Positions 1-10,309 of a DNA stretch of 36,558 bases are shown one piece after another (the first letter of the stretch is position 1; every line of letters starts with the position of its first letter). Made by a program: the position numbers and the translations under genes. The notes below the pieces were generated by a model. The model searched no databases and was not told the origin of the DNA. It worked only from the letters and a program-made list of their open reading frames with translations. Source of the stretch: Octopus bimaculoides (lineage: Eukaryota); assembly GCF_001194135.2 (NCBI RefSeq), contig NC_069005.1, forward strand, positions 18,217,293 through 18,253,850. The letters are read 5' to 3'.

Positions 1-151
1 GTTTTACAAGATATTTGATGTGAAATCATGTGTTGAAACAGATGTTGTTGTACTTGGGGATGGTCATATTGCCAGTTTAGCCAATAAAAACACACGCTCT
101 GTATATTTGGTGTTAATTTGCTTCAGCTTTATATTACATTAATCTTATTTC

Positions 152-196
152 GGCCAGAGTTCTTTTGTCACACTTCTGTGACCTCATCAGTGGTCC
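152..196 (-). ncRNA. Degenerate minimal type-I hammerhead ribozyme-like motif (Penelope pLTR type)
   Basis: The minus strand reads GGACCA-CTGATGA-G-GTCAC-agaagt-GTGAC-AAAA-G-aa-CTC-TGGCC. It has an exact CUGAUGA core, a 5-bp stem II and a stem I (GGACCA/TGG-CC). GAAA is altered to AAAA. Identification is by motif only. Confidence 0.35.
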
Positions 197-217
197 TTTG
201 TTTTCTTCTTTCTTATG

Positions 218-317
218 TGTGTCTCACCTTGCTAACTATCAGCCATTTTGTATTCCTATTGACATACAATAGGAATACAAAATACAAAATGGCTGATAGT
301 TAGCAAGGTGAGACACA
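218..317. repeat. Inverted repeat/hairpin, 44-bp arms, 5-nt loop
   Basis: 218-261 is the reverse complement of 267-317, apart from a 7-nt tandem duplication (aatacaa) in the right arm. The loop is acata. Confidence 0.95.
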
Positions 318-388
318 TGTAACGATAGGGTGTTGTAGGGTTGTGGAATGTTGTCTCCCAGGTGCTGACAGTGGTGATGATTATAGCA

Positions 389-740
389 GTCCGTTCACTA
401 ACTAATTGAGTTGTCACTAGTTGCTTCGCTCTGTTGTCGTCACCGACTGGTCACTAAACTAAATTTTTCTTGAGGTTTATTTGCTTTAATAACGATCTAG
501 AAGGATAGATATATTATTGAGAACAATAGATTTAGTTGGTGGTCTTATCTTTATTCTAGCTTTTGGTGATGTAGAAGAGGTTAGGAAGAGTCAAGTGGTG
601 AAGACATTGTTTCGGCCTAGCTAAAGGCATCTGGAAAATATTAAACTGCTGTCAGAGAAAAACCGTGGGAAAAGTTCTGTTGCAGTGTTGATTTAAATTT
701 GGCTATAGTGGATCGAATCCACTTCATGCATGCAAGATCC
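389..740. repeat. Direct repeat copy 1 (~350 bp)
   Basis: Matches 2469-2828 with about 5 substitutions and 3 indels, including an 11-nt indel (tattgttccac). The offset is 2080 bp. Confidence 0.95.
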
Positions 741-1575
741 ACTACATCACTCTCCTTGCCAGTGAGGTTCCTGGAAGGGAAGCGAACGAATAAAGGAGAC
801 GAAGAAATGCATGATAAATGCCCTGGAATGATTTTACAATGTCAAATGCGTCTGGTGCTGTTGTCGAGGTTAATTGCTGAGTTAGCAAGGACGACAGTGT
901 AAGCATGCTGGAGTGATGCGTGAGACAGATCATTTTCTCTGTTAATTACGTGACCAAACAGGGGTCTAACGGAGGAAATTATGTCTAAACATGAACGCAG
1001 AGCATGTGAACATCCGACGTCCTTTGAGTCGGGATTGAAATCGAGGTGATGCAGGCATGTTGCAAAACAAGGCAGTAGATGCATAATACAGATGCAAGTG
1101 CATGAGTGCAATAGTACATTGATTACAAATCAGTGTGCAGTGTTGAATATGCCAGTGATTAATGCAGTAAAGCTGAGGCTGCCAGCCGCTGCATGAGGTA
1201 TTATAAACCTCGATCGTGCAGGAACAAAAGTGTGGTATGCTGGCGCGTTGTAAGGGACAATCAACTTTCTCTATGTATGCGTGACCGACCTAGGGTCTTA
1301 CAGAGATGAGTTGTGTCTACATTGAGCATGGAAAACAAACGAGAAAGGCATGAGTCGTGCATGAATGTGACAGAGATAGCATTCGTGTGTGTATGAACCA
1401 TGTGTGCAGATGTGTGTGCAAAGCCAGGCACTGAGGAAAGGTGCATGCGGGTGTGTATGCAACAATACATTTTCAAAGCGAATGGAAAAAGTACATGCAA
1501 AATATGAATAATAACAGAACATTCAGAAAAAGATATGCACATGAATTTAGCAGTTTTAGTGAAATGAGTCGTCGT

Positions 1576-1669
1576 GGAATGTGTGCATCACGGAATATGC
1601 TTTGCGGAATGTGTGCATCGCGCAATGTGTGCATCGTGGAATATGTGCTTCCCGGAATGTGTAACTCGT
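1576..1669. repeat. Minisatellite, six ~16-bp units (ggaatgtgtgcatcgc consensus)
   Basis: Units start at 1576, 1592 (14 bp), 1606, 1622, 1638 and 1654. Confidence 0.85.
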
Positions 1670-2468
1670 AAACAAATTAAAGTATGCAGTGCAAACAGAA
1701 CAATAAAATAAGCAAAAATAACAAACTTAGCTGAAAATAGCGTCCTTTGTGAAAAATCTACTGCTGAAAATGGAAATATGTGCATGCAAAGAAAAAAAGA
1801 GTTGTTGAAAGTCTATGAGAGAGTCTTATGTATGTGCCAAAGTTCATAGACAATGCAGGGCCTGTACGTCTGGACGAGATGAAAAGCGTGGGTGTGCCGA
1901 AAAGGTTGCATGTGCGGGCTTCCGTATTTCCTTCCAGTTAGTTTCTGGGCATGTAGCTTTCAAAATGTTGCACTTATAGGCTTTCATGGTCGGCGAATAC
2001 CTTGTGTGTCGGCAGTGTTGCATTGTTGTGAAGTGCATTGGGGTCGACAGTTGTGACTGTTGGTGATGTAGTTTCAGAAGACAGCAATTCTTTTTTCACG
2101 GGGTCACCAATTGTAACGATAAGGTTTTTATGTAGCGATGTGGGTTGCCAGTGTAACTTGTATGATGAACGATGAACAGTGATCGAAGTTGAAAAGAAAT
2201 ATTTATTTACCGTTACTTTAATAAATGCCATACCATGACGGGTCGGTTAGTGTAATTGTATAACACAGTTCATAAAGCATGCAAGGTAAAGAAAGTTAAT
2301 TTCGGCCTGTATATGTGTGTACACGTTCTCATAGTAGTATATATATAGAGAGAGATATGGTAATGTTACAGAGAAAAGAAATTGAGCTAGTTGGCTGCTT
2401 GTAACTTTCTTTCTCCCTCTGGTCGTTTTGTCTTTAGTGGCTGCCTGCTTGTGACTATATCTCTAGAT

Positions 2469-2828
2469 GTCTGTTCACTAACTAATTGAGTTGTCACTAG
2501 TTGCTTCGCTCTGTTGTCGTCACCGACTGGTCACTAAACTAAATTTTTCTTGGGGTTTATTTGCTTTAATAACGATCTAGAAGGATAGATATACTATTGA
2601 GAACAATAGATTTAGTTGGTGGTCTTATCTTTATTCTAGCTTTTGGTGATGTAGAAGAGGTTAGGAAGGGTCAAGTGGTGAAGACATTGTTTCGGTCCTA
2701 GCTAAAGGCATCTGGAAAATATTAAACTGCGGTCAGAGAAAAACTATTGTTCCACCGTGGGAAAAGTTCTGTTGCAGTGTTGATTTAAATTTGGCGTGGA
2801 TCGAATCCACTTCATGCATGCAAGATCC
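2469..2828. repeat. Direct repeat copy 2 (runs into N-gap)
   Basis: See copy 1. The right boundary is hidden by the gap starting at 2829. Confidence 0.95.
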
Positions 2829-3661
2829 NNNNNNNNNNNNNNNNNNNNNNNNNNNNNNNNNNNNNNNNNNNNNNNNNNNNNNNNNNNNNNNNNNNNNNNN
2901 NNNNNNNNNNNNNNNNNNNNNNNNNNNNNNNNNNNNNNNNNNNNNNNNNNNNNNNNNNNNNNNNNNNNNNNNNNNNNNNNNNNNNNNNNNNNNNNNNNNN
3001 NNNNNNNNNNNNNNNNNNNNNNNNNNNNNNNNNNNNNNNNNNNNNNNNNNNNNNNNNNNNNNNNNNNNNNNNNNNNNNNNNNNNNNNNNNNNNNNNNNNN
3101 NNNNNNNNNNNNNNNNNNNNNNNNNNNNNNNNNNNNNNNNNNNNNNNNNNNNNNNNNNNNNNNNNNNNNNNNNNNNNNNNNNNNNNNNNNNNNNNNNNNN
3201 NNNNNNNNNNNNNNNNNNNNNNNNNNNNNNNNNNNNNNNNNNNNNNNNNNNNNNNNNNNNNNNNNNNNNNNNNNNNNNNNNNNNNNNNNNNNNNNNNNNN
3301 NNNNNNNNNNNNNNNNNNNNNNNNNNNNNNNNNNNNNNNNNNNNNNNNNNNNNNNNNNNNNNNNNNNNNNNNNNNNNNNNNNNNNNNNNNNNNNNNNNNN
3401 NNNNNNNNNNNNNNNNNNNNNNNNNNNNNNNNNNNNNNNNNNNNNNNNNNNNNNNNNNNNNNNNNNNNNNNNNNNNNNNNNNNNNNNNNNNNNNNNNNNN
3501 NNNNNNNNNNNNNNNNNNNNNNNNNNNNNNNNNNNNNNNNNNNNNNNNNNNNNNNNNNNNNNNNNNNNNNNNNNNNNNNNNNNNNNNNNNNNAGAAGTTA
3601 TTCCAAAATTCTGACGACTTTTTTTTGTTTCAATATTTATTTTTGTACATCACACTTAACA

Positions 3662-3665
<4 letters not shown>

Positions 3666-3700
<35 letters not shown>
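3666..3700. repeat. (CA)n microsatellite
   Basis: Direct reading. Confidence 0.95.
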
Positions 3701-3703
<3 letters not shown>

Positions 3704-3717
3704 CACAAAAACTGTTT

Positions 3718-3796
3718 TTCAGAGTTTCATGTTCCTGTTTGTCAGACAGTTTTGTCTAAACAAAACTGTTGACGAACAGGAACGTGAAACTCTGAA
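3718..3796. repeat. 79-nt near-perfect hairpin containing a hammerhead-like core
   Basis: 27-bp stem (two U:G pairs on the + strand), a 1-nt bulge, a 10-bp stem and a ctaa loop. Confidence 0.9.
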
Positions 3797-4051
3797 GATA
3801 CCTGTCAAGCTATTGTAAACATATAATAATTCTAGTGAAATACATTCACTGATTTCAAATTTAGAAAGAATATATTTCTAAATCTCTCAGAGAGATTTAT
3901 GCAGTAGTGATACGATGAAGTAGTTGTATACTGTCAACTTAATGTGACAGTCCCCTGAAGGGAATAACACTACTGTTGGTTAGACCTAGGAAGCTGCACC
4001 GCTTCCTATTGGTCTTGACACATTTCCTGTGTCCTTATGTTTACAAGGGGG

Positions 4052-4221
4052 ATGACTGAAACAAGTAAGAGATAAAAGATTAAAAAATGTCTTTCTTAGA
4101 AAAGAAAGTTATGAAAACAGCGTTTGTATTCTTTTTGAGTAGATTGAAGGAAATTGTAAGAAAGATGCTGAATGTACTGCCATTTAAACTTATACTATGT
4201 GAACATGGCCATGAGATCTTA
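4052..4221 (+). repeat. 170-bp duplicate of 5726-5895 (SINE tail plus flank)
   Basis: 3 substitutions in 170 bp; the offset is 1674 bp. Confidence 0.95.
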
Positions 4222-4255
4222 CGAGGGGAGATCCATGAAAAAAAACTATTGTATA

Positions 4256-4573
4256 TATATAAATAAGGATAAGATCGATATTTAAATACCGATTTTATCA
4301 AGTGGCCAGCATGGGAATAAAAACCATCAAAGGTAATGATTATTTAAAATTATAATTTAGGGTATCTAAGAGATACCACCACACTGAAAATAGCAGTCAA
4401 AGCTTGACTCTAAAACCACAATAAATGTTTATATAGCACCAGGAGAGAAGAGGAAGAGACAAAATAAACTAGCAAAAAATTATTGGATAATTCCAGATCC
4501 CGGATTTCTGGCTTTGCATAAGAAATGCTTTGCCTCATCACTGGAATATACTCAGAAAAGCACATAAATGCAA

Positions 4574-4606
<33 letters not shown>

Positions 4607-4839
4607 GCATACGATATACTTACATATTCGAACGTATACATACATATATATGCACATATGCACACGACCACTTTAAATTGCCCGCCTAAAAACTCCTCGT
4701 GCAATATGGTCAGAATATCACCGCAGTAAATATAATGACGAAATAAATATATGAATTTATATAAATAAGGATAAGATCGATATTCAAATACCGATTTTAT
4801 CAAGTGGCCAGCATGGGAATAAAAACCATCAAAGGTAAT
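4256..4839 (+). repeat. 82-bp direct repeat pair (4256-4337 / 4758-4839)
   Basis: One substitution (ttta/ttca); the offset is 502 bp. Confidence 0.95.
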
Positions 4840-4882
4840 AATTTATATAAAGTATATATATAATTTGTATAATGTATATATA

Positions 4883-5075
4883 TAATATATACATCACCAA
4901 GGCGACTGAGGGCACTATTCAGCACCAGTATTGCTAGAAATAAGAGTCAAAATAACTTACAGCCACAATAACACAGTCTTATTTACTGACAAGAGAAGGT
5001 AAGCTCCCTAAGCACCGTGCATAACCAGATCACCGGTGATTTTGTGTTTATATTAATGCTTATCAATGGCTTACC
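4883..5075 (+). mobile_element. Partial, diverged second copy of the adjacent MITE
   Basis: Aligns by eye to about 5197-5375 (gtgactgaggg...ttatttactgacaag...). Confidence 0.75.
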
Positions 5076-5148
5076 CTTGTCAACTTGTAAGATCGCTGTA
5101 GAAATCATATGCTGATTTCGTAAATGGTAAAGGTGTAAATTATAAATA

Positions 5149-5532
5149 AGGGTGGCTTGTTAGCAATTTTTCAACTGAAAGGCAAAAATATATAAGTCAC
5201 TTTAGTGACTGAGGGTGCTATTCAGCACCAGTATTCGTAGAAATTAGAGCCAAAACAACTCGTAGCTACAATAACACACCGTCTTATTTACTGACAAGGG
5301 AGGCAAGCTCTCTAAGTACCAGGCATAGCCAAATCATCAGTGATTTTGCAGTTACATTAACACTTGTCAGTGGCTCTCAGCAGTGCCTTGGGTTAAAATA
5401 TGTACTTTATTGTGGTTTTGAGTTGTTTTGACTCTTACTCTTAGCAATACTGGCGCTGAATAGCACCCTTAGTCACTTTAGTGATGTATGTACTTTTGCC
5501 TTTCGGTTGAAAAATTGTTAACAAGCCACCCT
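5149..5532. mobile_element. MITE with long (~125 bp) TIRs, TA target-site duplication (Tc1/mariner-type)
   Basis: AGGGTGGCTTGTT...AACAAGCCACCCT is flanked by TA at 5147-5148 and 5533-5534. The arms 5149-5275 and 5408-5532 are inverted copies. Confidence 0.85.
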
Positions 5533-5589
5533 TATTATTTGTGTGTGTGTGTGTGTGTCTGTGTATCTATGTATGTGAGTTTTTGTGTC

Positions 5590-5753
5590 TGTGTTTGTCC
5601 CCCTTCACTGCTTGATAACTGGTGTTGTGTTTATGTTCTCATAACTTACTTGTTTGGCAAAAGAATAAGTCCTGGGGTCAATTTGTTTGACTAAAACCCC
5701 GGTCTCTCAGCATGGCTGCAGTCAAATGACTGAAACAAGTAAGAGATAAAAGA
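5590..5753 (+). mobile_element. SINE 3' half (octopus-type family)
   Basis: tgtttgtcccc...ctgcagtcaaatgactgaaacaagtaagag. It matches the copies at 11210-11400 (-), 15575-15784 and 34760-34960. Confidence 0.8.
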
Positions 5754-6280
5754 TTAAAAAATGTTTTCCTTAGAAAAGAAAGTTATGAAAACAGCATTTG
5801 TATTCTTTTTGAGTAGATTGAAGGAAATTGTAAGAAAGATGCTGAATGTACTGCCATTTAAACTTATACTATGTGAACATGGCCATGAGATCTTATCGGG
5901 AAAAGTAACTGGCTGGAGGCAAAGCATGGAAGCATTGTATGCATTCACTTCTGTGTGAGAATATCAGAATGTAGCATACGTGTAATTAGATGTATGCATG
6001 ATGTATGTATGTATGCTATTGATGTTAAGAAGTAAAGAGCAGTAAAAATTAAGTAATCTGAAAAAAAGCTGCAAACAGTTATGCAAAATCATGAAATGTA
6101 AATAATTGCTAGAGAACAGAAATATGGAGCACTTGACATTGTAAACACTGTAAAACAGGTAAGAAATAGATACAAACGGTTATACTTATATTGAATTTGA
6201 AATGATGAAATATTTCATCAGACCAATTATGACTGAACAGTTTGAGATGTTGAAACACCTATTTCATCAGACAAAACTTG

Positions 6281-7693
6281 ATATGGAGGAAGCTGAAAGA
6301 CCATTTAAATGACTGTTATTTTTGCAAAGTAAATGTTACAGGATTTTCTATGAAGAATAGATACAAAATTTGTGTATCCCAATTTGGATTCTGCAATGAG
6401 ACCTGTGCCTCACAATGGAAGCCTGTCAATTCCAGTTCCACCAGATGATGGTACTGAAACATCAGATGATGATGCTGACTGTCATAATAGGTCTGCTGAG
6501 GACGATTATGTGGCTGATGATGATAATTTGAACCTCAGAAATTTTCCAAGCTGAACTGAATGACCTTGTCAGAGACCTGTCCCTCTCAAAAGATTAAGCA
6601 GAATTGTTGGCATCCAGACTGAAGGAGAAATATCTGCTAGAGCACAGTTTTCATATAACTTATTTTAGGCAGAGAAATGTGGTTCGACAAATGTGTTTTT
6701 CTGTTGAAGGCCCACTTTGCTTTTGCAGTAACATTGATGAACTTTCTGAATGTTTATTACAAAATCATGATTGTGCAGAGTGGTGTTTGTTTATTGACTC
6801 TTCAAAATGAAGTTTAAAAACTGTGCTTTTTCCTAATGGTAATTTGAAGCCCTCCATTCTTATGTGCTATTGCCTCCTTTGCACATAAAGCTTGGACTGA
6901 TGAAACAGTTTGTAAAGACACTAAGGAAGAGAAGGTTTGAGTATATTGTAGAAAAGTTTCCAAAATAACACAGGTGAAGTTGAAAGTTGTTGGACCCCAA
7001 ATTAGAGAAGTACTCAAAGATGTCAACTTCAAGACAACACTGGATTAACTGGAATTGCCTACCTGGAATGCTTTCAATTGGATCTGTGAGAATTTTTTGG
7101 GCAACAAGAAGGCAATGGACTACAAGGATGGCATCAAGAATCTTCTGAAATGTTACTCAACAATGGGTTGTCGCATGTCACTGAAAGTCCACCTCTTGGA
7201 CTCCCATCTGGGTTTCTTCACAGATAACCTTGGAGCTGTGTCTGATGAACATGGTGAAAGATTTCACCAGGACATTAGTGCTATGGAGAAATGGTACCAA
7301 GGCTTCTGGAATTACAGTATGCTACCTGACTACTGCTGGACACTTTACCATGATCAACCAGATCAAGAACACTGCAGGAAATCCAAATCACAATGTTTCT
7401 AACTCTGCTGTTCTAACTTTGTCAGACCCATTTTTTGTGTATTCACTCTTTGCAGAATGATAGTGATGAGTTTTAACTCAATAAACTCCTTTACTTTCTA
7501 AAAATATGTCCTTATTTATGACATAAATGATTTCATATATACAAATATGTAAATATTTGCATGTATCTACTGAAAAACTAGTATGTGCTGCATACAAATA
7601 GAGTGAAATTTTGAAATCAGCATGAAAAATTAGTTGCAAAATGTTGGTTTGCATACATAATGAGTATAATACATTTAATTTTGCTGACCAGTG
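6281..7693 (+). mobile_element. Chapaev3 (CMC superfamily) DNA transposon remnant with pseudogenised transposase and intact right end
   Basis: Frameshifted translation gives WRKLKDHLNDCYFC, YPNLDSAMRPVPH, LNDLVRDL, LFIDSSK, LHIKLGLMKQFVK, SLKVHLLDSHL and GAVSDEHGERFHQDISAMEKWYQG...DYCW (to 7402). The element ends ...gctgacCAGTG followed by TAA (TWA target). No left terminus was found. Confidence 0.9.
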
Positions 7694-9059
7694 TAATCAA
7701 AGTGTTTGCTGAATCATGCTGTCTCATATTCATCTCACGTTGGAAAATAATGTGTTGGAGCATGGCATACATAGTGAAGCATCTTCCTTGCCAGAATGGC
7801 GTGAGTTATTGACAAAAGAAAGCTGCTGCTTTCCCATATCTAAGCTGTGAATGTGAAAGAACATTGTTGAATATGTTGACTGAATGATTTATTGAAGTGC
7901 TTCAGCCATGAGTGTGTACAAAATAACAAGGCAAGTGCCACTGCATGTGTCTCTTTATGGCTGAATTCTTTCTTGAGTCACTGTACGAAATTTTGGCACT
8001 TCAAAGGAAATGGAAGAGATAAGAGTATTAGATATTCTATGTTAGATGTACTTAAAGAGGAAATATCCATACTGCTATGAGAAGTTGCCTTTTTTTTTTG
8101 TAACTGAAATTAGTTGAAACCACACAAATGGAGGGGAATATGAATATGAATATGCCCATTATAGTGAACTTTGAGAAGTTCAGGATCAACTTCACTTTGG
8201 AATCACATTTTAGACAAGAAGAGAGTATTCTCAGTGTTGATGGGTAGATATGACTTATTTTGAGCAAGATGAAAGATGCACTTAACAGTGTTCTGCAGAA
8301 GGTAAAAATTATATGCGTATTGACTTTTACCTCTTTTGATCTTTTCTTCTCACCATGGTGAGTTGATGTTCATACACTAAATGAGTCAGATTTATTTTAA
8401 CAGCTATGGTTGGCTGTTTCTTAGTCAAATATAACTGAATGTTGCTTGTATCTAGGGTCACCAATATCGCTAGTTGTTGTTGATGTGAGGATTTTTTAAG
8501 CACATGTAGGGTTTTAACTGTGTTGGTCTTTTACAAATGCTAACGGCAATAAATATATACTAGGAGAGACATACTGCTTGGAGTTTACAAGTACTTATGC
8601 AATCTGTGGCTGGCCCATCACAACTGGAAAATAATTTTGCTATATTCGTGGTGATAAAAATTCCAGTCTAATGTCAGCCATCAGCTGGATGTGGTGAGAC
8701 TGATGACACAATATTCAACTACCTCAACATTCTGCATGACAAGAGATGAGATGTGTGAAGGGGCTGGCTGGTCTCAACACGATGCAAAGAGTTTAGGTGC
8801 AAAATTTGACTTTATATAGGGCACAAGCAGACAGTTCTAGAAAATTGAATCACATGATAGCTTGATGCTGATTGGTTGCTTAATAGGCCAATTACCTGAA
8901 TCTATTGTGGCTTCTTCGTCATTGTCTGACTGGTTGCCTAGTGGTTTGATTTTGAATCATTACTACAGTTTTGTGAAATTTTGGTTTGTCACTTTCATCA
9001 ATTCTGGTTTCACAGAAGGACAATCTACTCTCACTATTTTGCAATGTCTGATGGTTATT

Positions 9060-9146
9060 GTCTACCAATCCACTCAAAAGGCTTTGGTTGGCCTGGGCTG
9101 TTGTACAAGACATTTACCCTATGTCACACAGTGGGACTGAACCCTC
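9060..9146 (-). mobile_element. tRNA-derived SINE fragment
   Basis: The reverse complement gggttcagtcccactgtgtg...ccaaccaaagcctt...gagtggattggtagac matches the SINE at 12953-13115. Confidence 0.7.
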
Positions 9147-9180
9147 TTATCAACAAAACAATATCTTATTTACCGAATTA

Positions 9181-9464
9181 TAGTGTTTGACCCGGTGACA
9201 AAATTTAAAAAAAATTAGTTTAATAGGGGAGTGGGGAGAGACCTCGGAACATTCACATCGTCACATATATTTAAATGTTGCAGCGAAGCAACCATTTCTC
9301 TTTGTGTGTGTGTGTGTGTGTGTGATGTGTGACGATGTGAATGTTCCGAGCCCTGTCCCCACCCGTCCGCGAGCGCGCATTTTTTCCTCCATATTCGTTC
9401 CCAGCAAGTTGTTTTACACCTATTAAACTAATTTTAAAACAATTTTGTCACCGGGTCAAACACT
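9181..9464. mobile_element. Foldback MITE (~285 bp), TA-flanked
   Basis: TAGTGTTTGACCCGGTGACAAAATT... / ...AATTTTGTCACCGGGTCAAACACTA form ~50-bp TIRs. An inner 22-bp inverted repeat (ctcggaacattcacatcgtcac) lies at about 9243-9264 / 9329-9350. TA flanks at 9179-9180 and 9465-9466. Confidence 0.9.
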
Positions 9465-10196
9465 ATAATTCAGTGGCCATNNNNNNNNNNNNNNNNNNNN
9501 NNNNNNNNNNNNNNNNNNNNNNNNNNNNNNNNNNNNNNNNNNNNNNNNNNNNNNNNNNNNNNNNNNNNNNNNNNNNNNNNNNNNNNNNNNNNNNNNNNNN
9601 NNNNNNNNNNNNNNNNNNNNNNNNNNNNNNNNNNNNNNNNNNNNNNNNNNNNNNNNNNNNNNNNNNNNNNNNNNNNNNNNNNNNNNNNNNNNNNNNNNNN
9701 NNNNNNNNNNNNNNNNNNNNNNNNNNNNNNNNNNNNNNNNNNNNNNNNNNNNNNNNNNNNNNNNNNNNNNNNNNNNNNNNNNNNNNNNNNNNNNNNNNNN
9801 NNNNNNNNNNNNNNNNNNNNNNNNNNNNNNNNNNNNNNNNNNNNNNNNNNNNNNNNNNNNNNNNNNNNNNNNNNNNNNNNNNNNNNNNNNNNNNNNNNNN
9901 NNNNNNNNNNNNNNNNNNNNNNNNNNNNNNNNNNNNNNNNNNNNNNNNNNNNNNNNNNNNNNNNNNNNNNNNNNNNNNNNNNNNNNNNNNNNNNNNNNNN
10001 NNNNNNNNNNNNNNNNNNNNNNNNNNNNNNNNNNNNNNNNNNNNNNNNNNNNNNNNNNNNNNNNNNNNNNNNNNNNNNNNNNNNNNNNNNNNNNNNNNNN
10101 NNNNNNNNNNNNNNNNNNNNNNNNNNNNNNNNNNNNNNNNNNNNNNNNNNNNNNNNNNNNNNNNNNNNNNNNNNNNNNNNNNNNNNNNNNNNNAAG

Positions 10197-10309
10197 ATGT
10201 CTGAAAATAAATGTGAAAGCAGTTCTTGGAGCCAAAAGCTTCCCATAGATATAGCACGAAGGGGTCCTGTACCACCTGCTAAACAGTGCATGCACGTCAA
10301 ATATTACTG
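10197..10309 (+). CDS. NTAQ1: NTAQ1 (WDYHV1) coding exon, probably the first: MSENKCESSSWSQKLPIDIARRGPVPPAKQCMHVKYY + TG
   Basis: Stop-free 113-nt frame from ATG that ends TAT TAC TG|GTGAGA (phase-2 donor). It splices in frame to 35196 to give ...PPAKQCMHVKYYC-EENVWKLC, matching the family motif (human PPRDACVYSSCYC-EENIWKLC, recalled). Upstream sequence is hidden by the gap, so the ATG may not be the true start. Confidence 0.85.

Noticed and set aside
595-650. GAAAC-AAT-GTC motif on the minus strand of the 350-bp direct repeats, suggesting a retrozyme with ribozyme-bearing LTRs
   Set aside because: There is no CUGANGA core at the right distance and no stem I pairing next to the putative cleavage site.
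1576-1669. Short regular repeats as a CRISPR-like array
   Set aside because: The units are contiguous with no unique spacers, and the context is eukaryotic. It is an ordinary minisatellite.
2791-3759. Long ORFs in the track at 2791-3759, 9341-10300, 22597-23487, 24219-25044 and 29003-29773
   Set aside because: They are open only because they run through N-gaps.
5761-5958. 65-aa ORF containing CEHGH, and a possible micro-exon (AG...GTAAGA)
   Set aside because: No recognisable homology. It starts right at a SINE tail and is partly a local duplicate.
6146-6150. CACTG as the possible left end of the Chapaev3 element
   Set aside because: The following bases do not match the right terminal repeat, and the preceding triplet is AAA, not TWA.
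10302-10304. TAT (Tyr) where vertebrate NTAQ1 has Cys; A-to-I editing would give Cys
   Set aside because: That position is not invariant in the family (YYC occurs in other lineages as I recall), and nothing in the DNA indicates editing.
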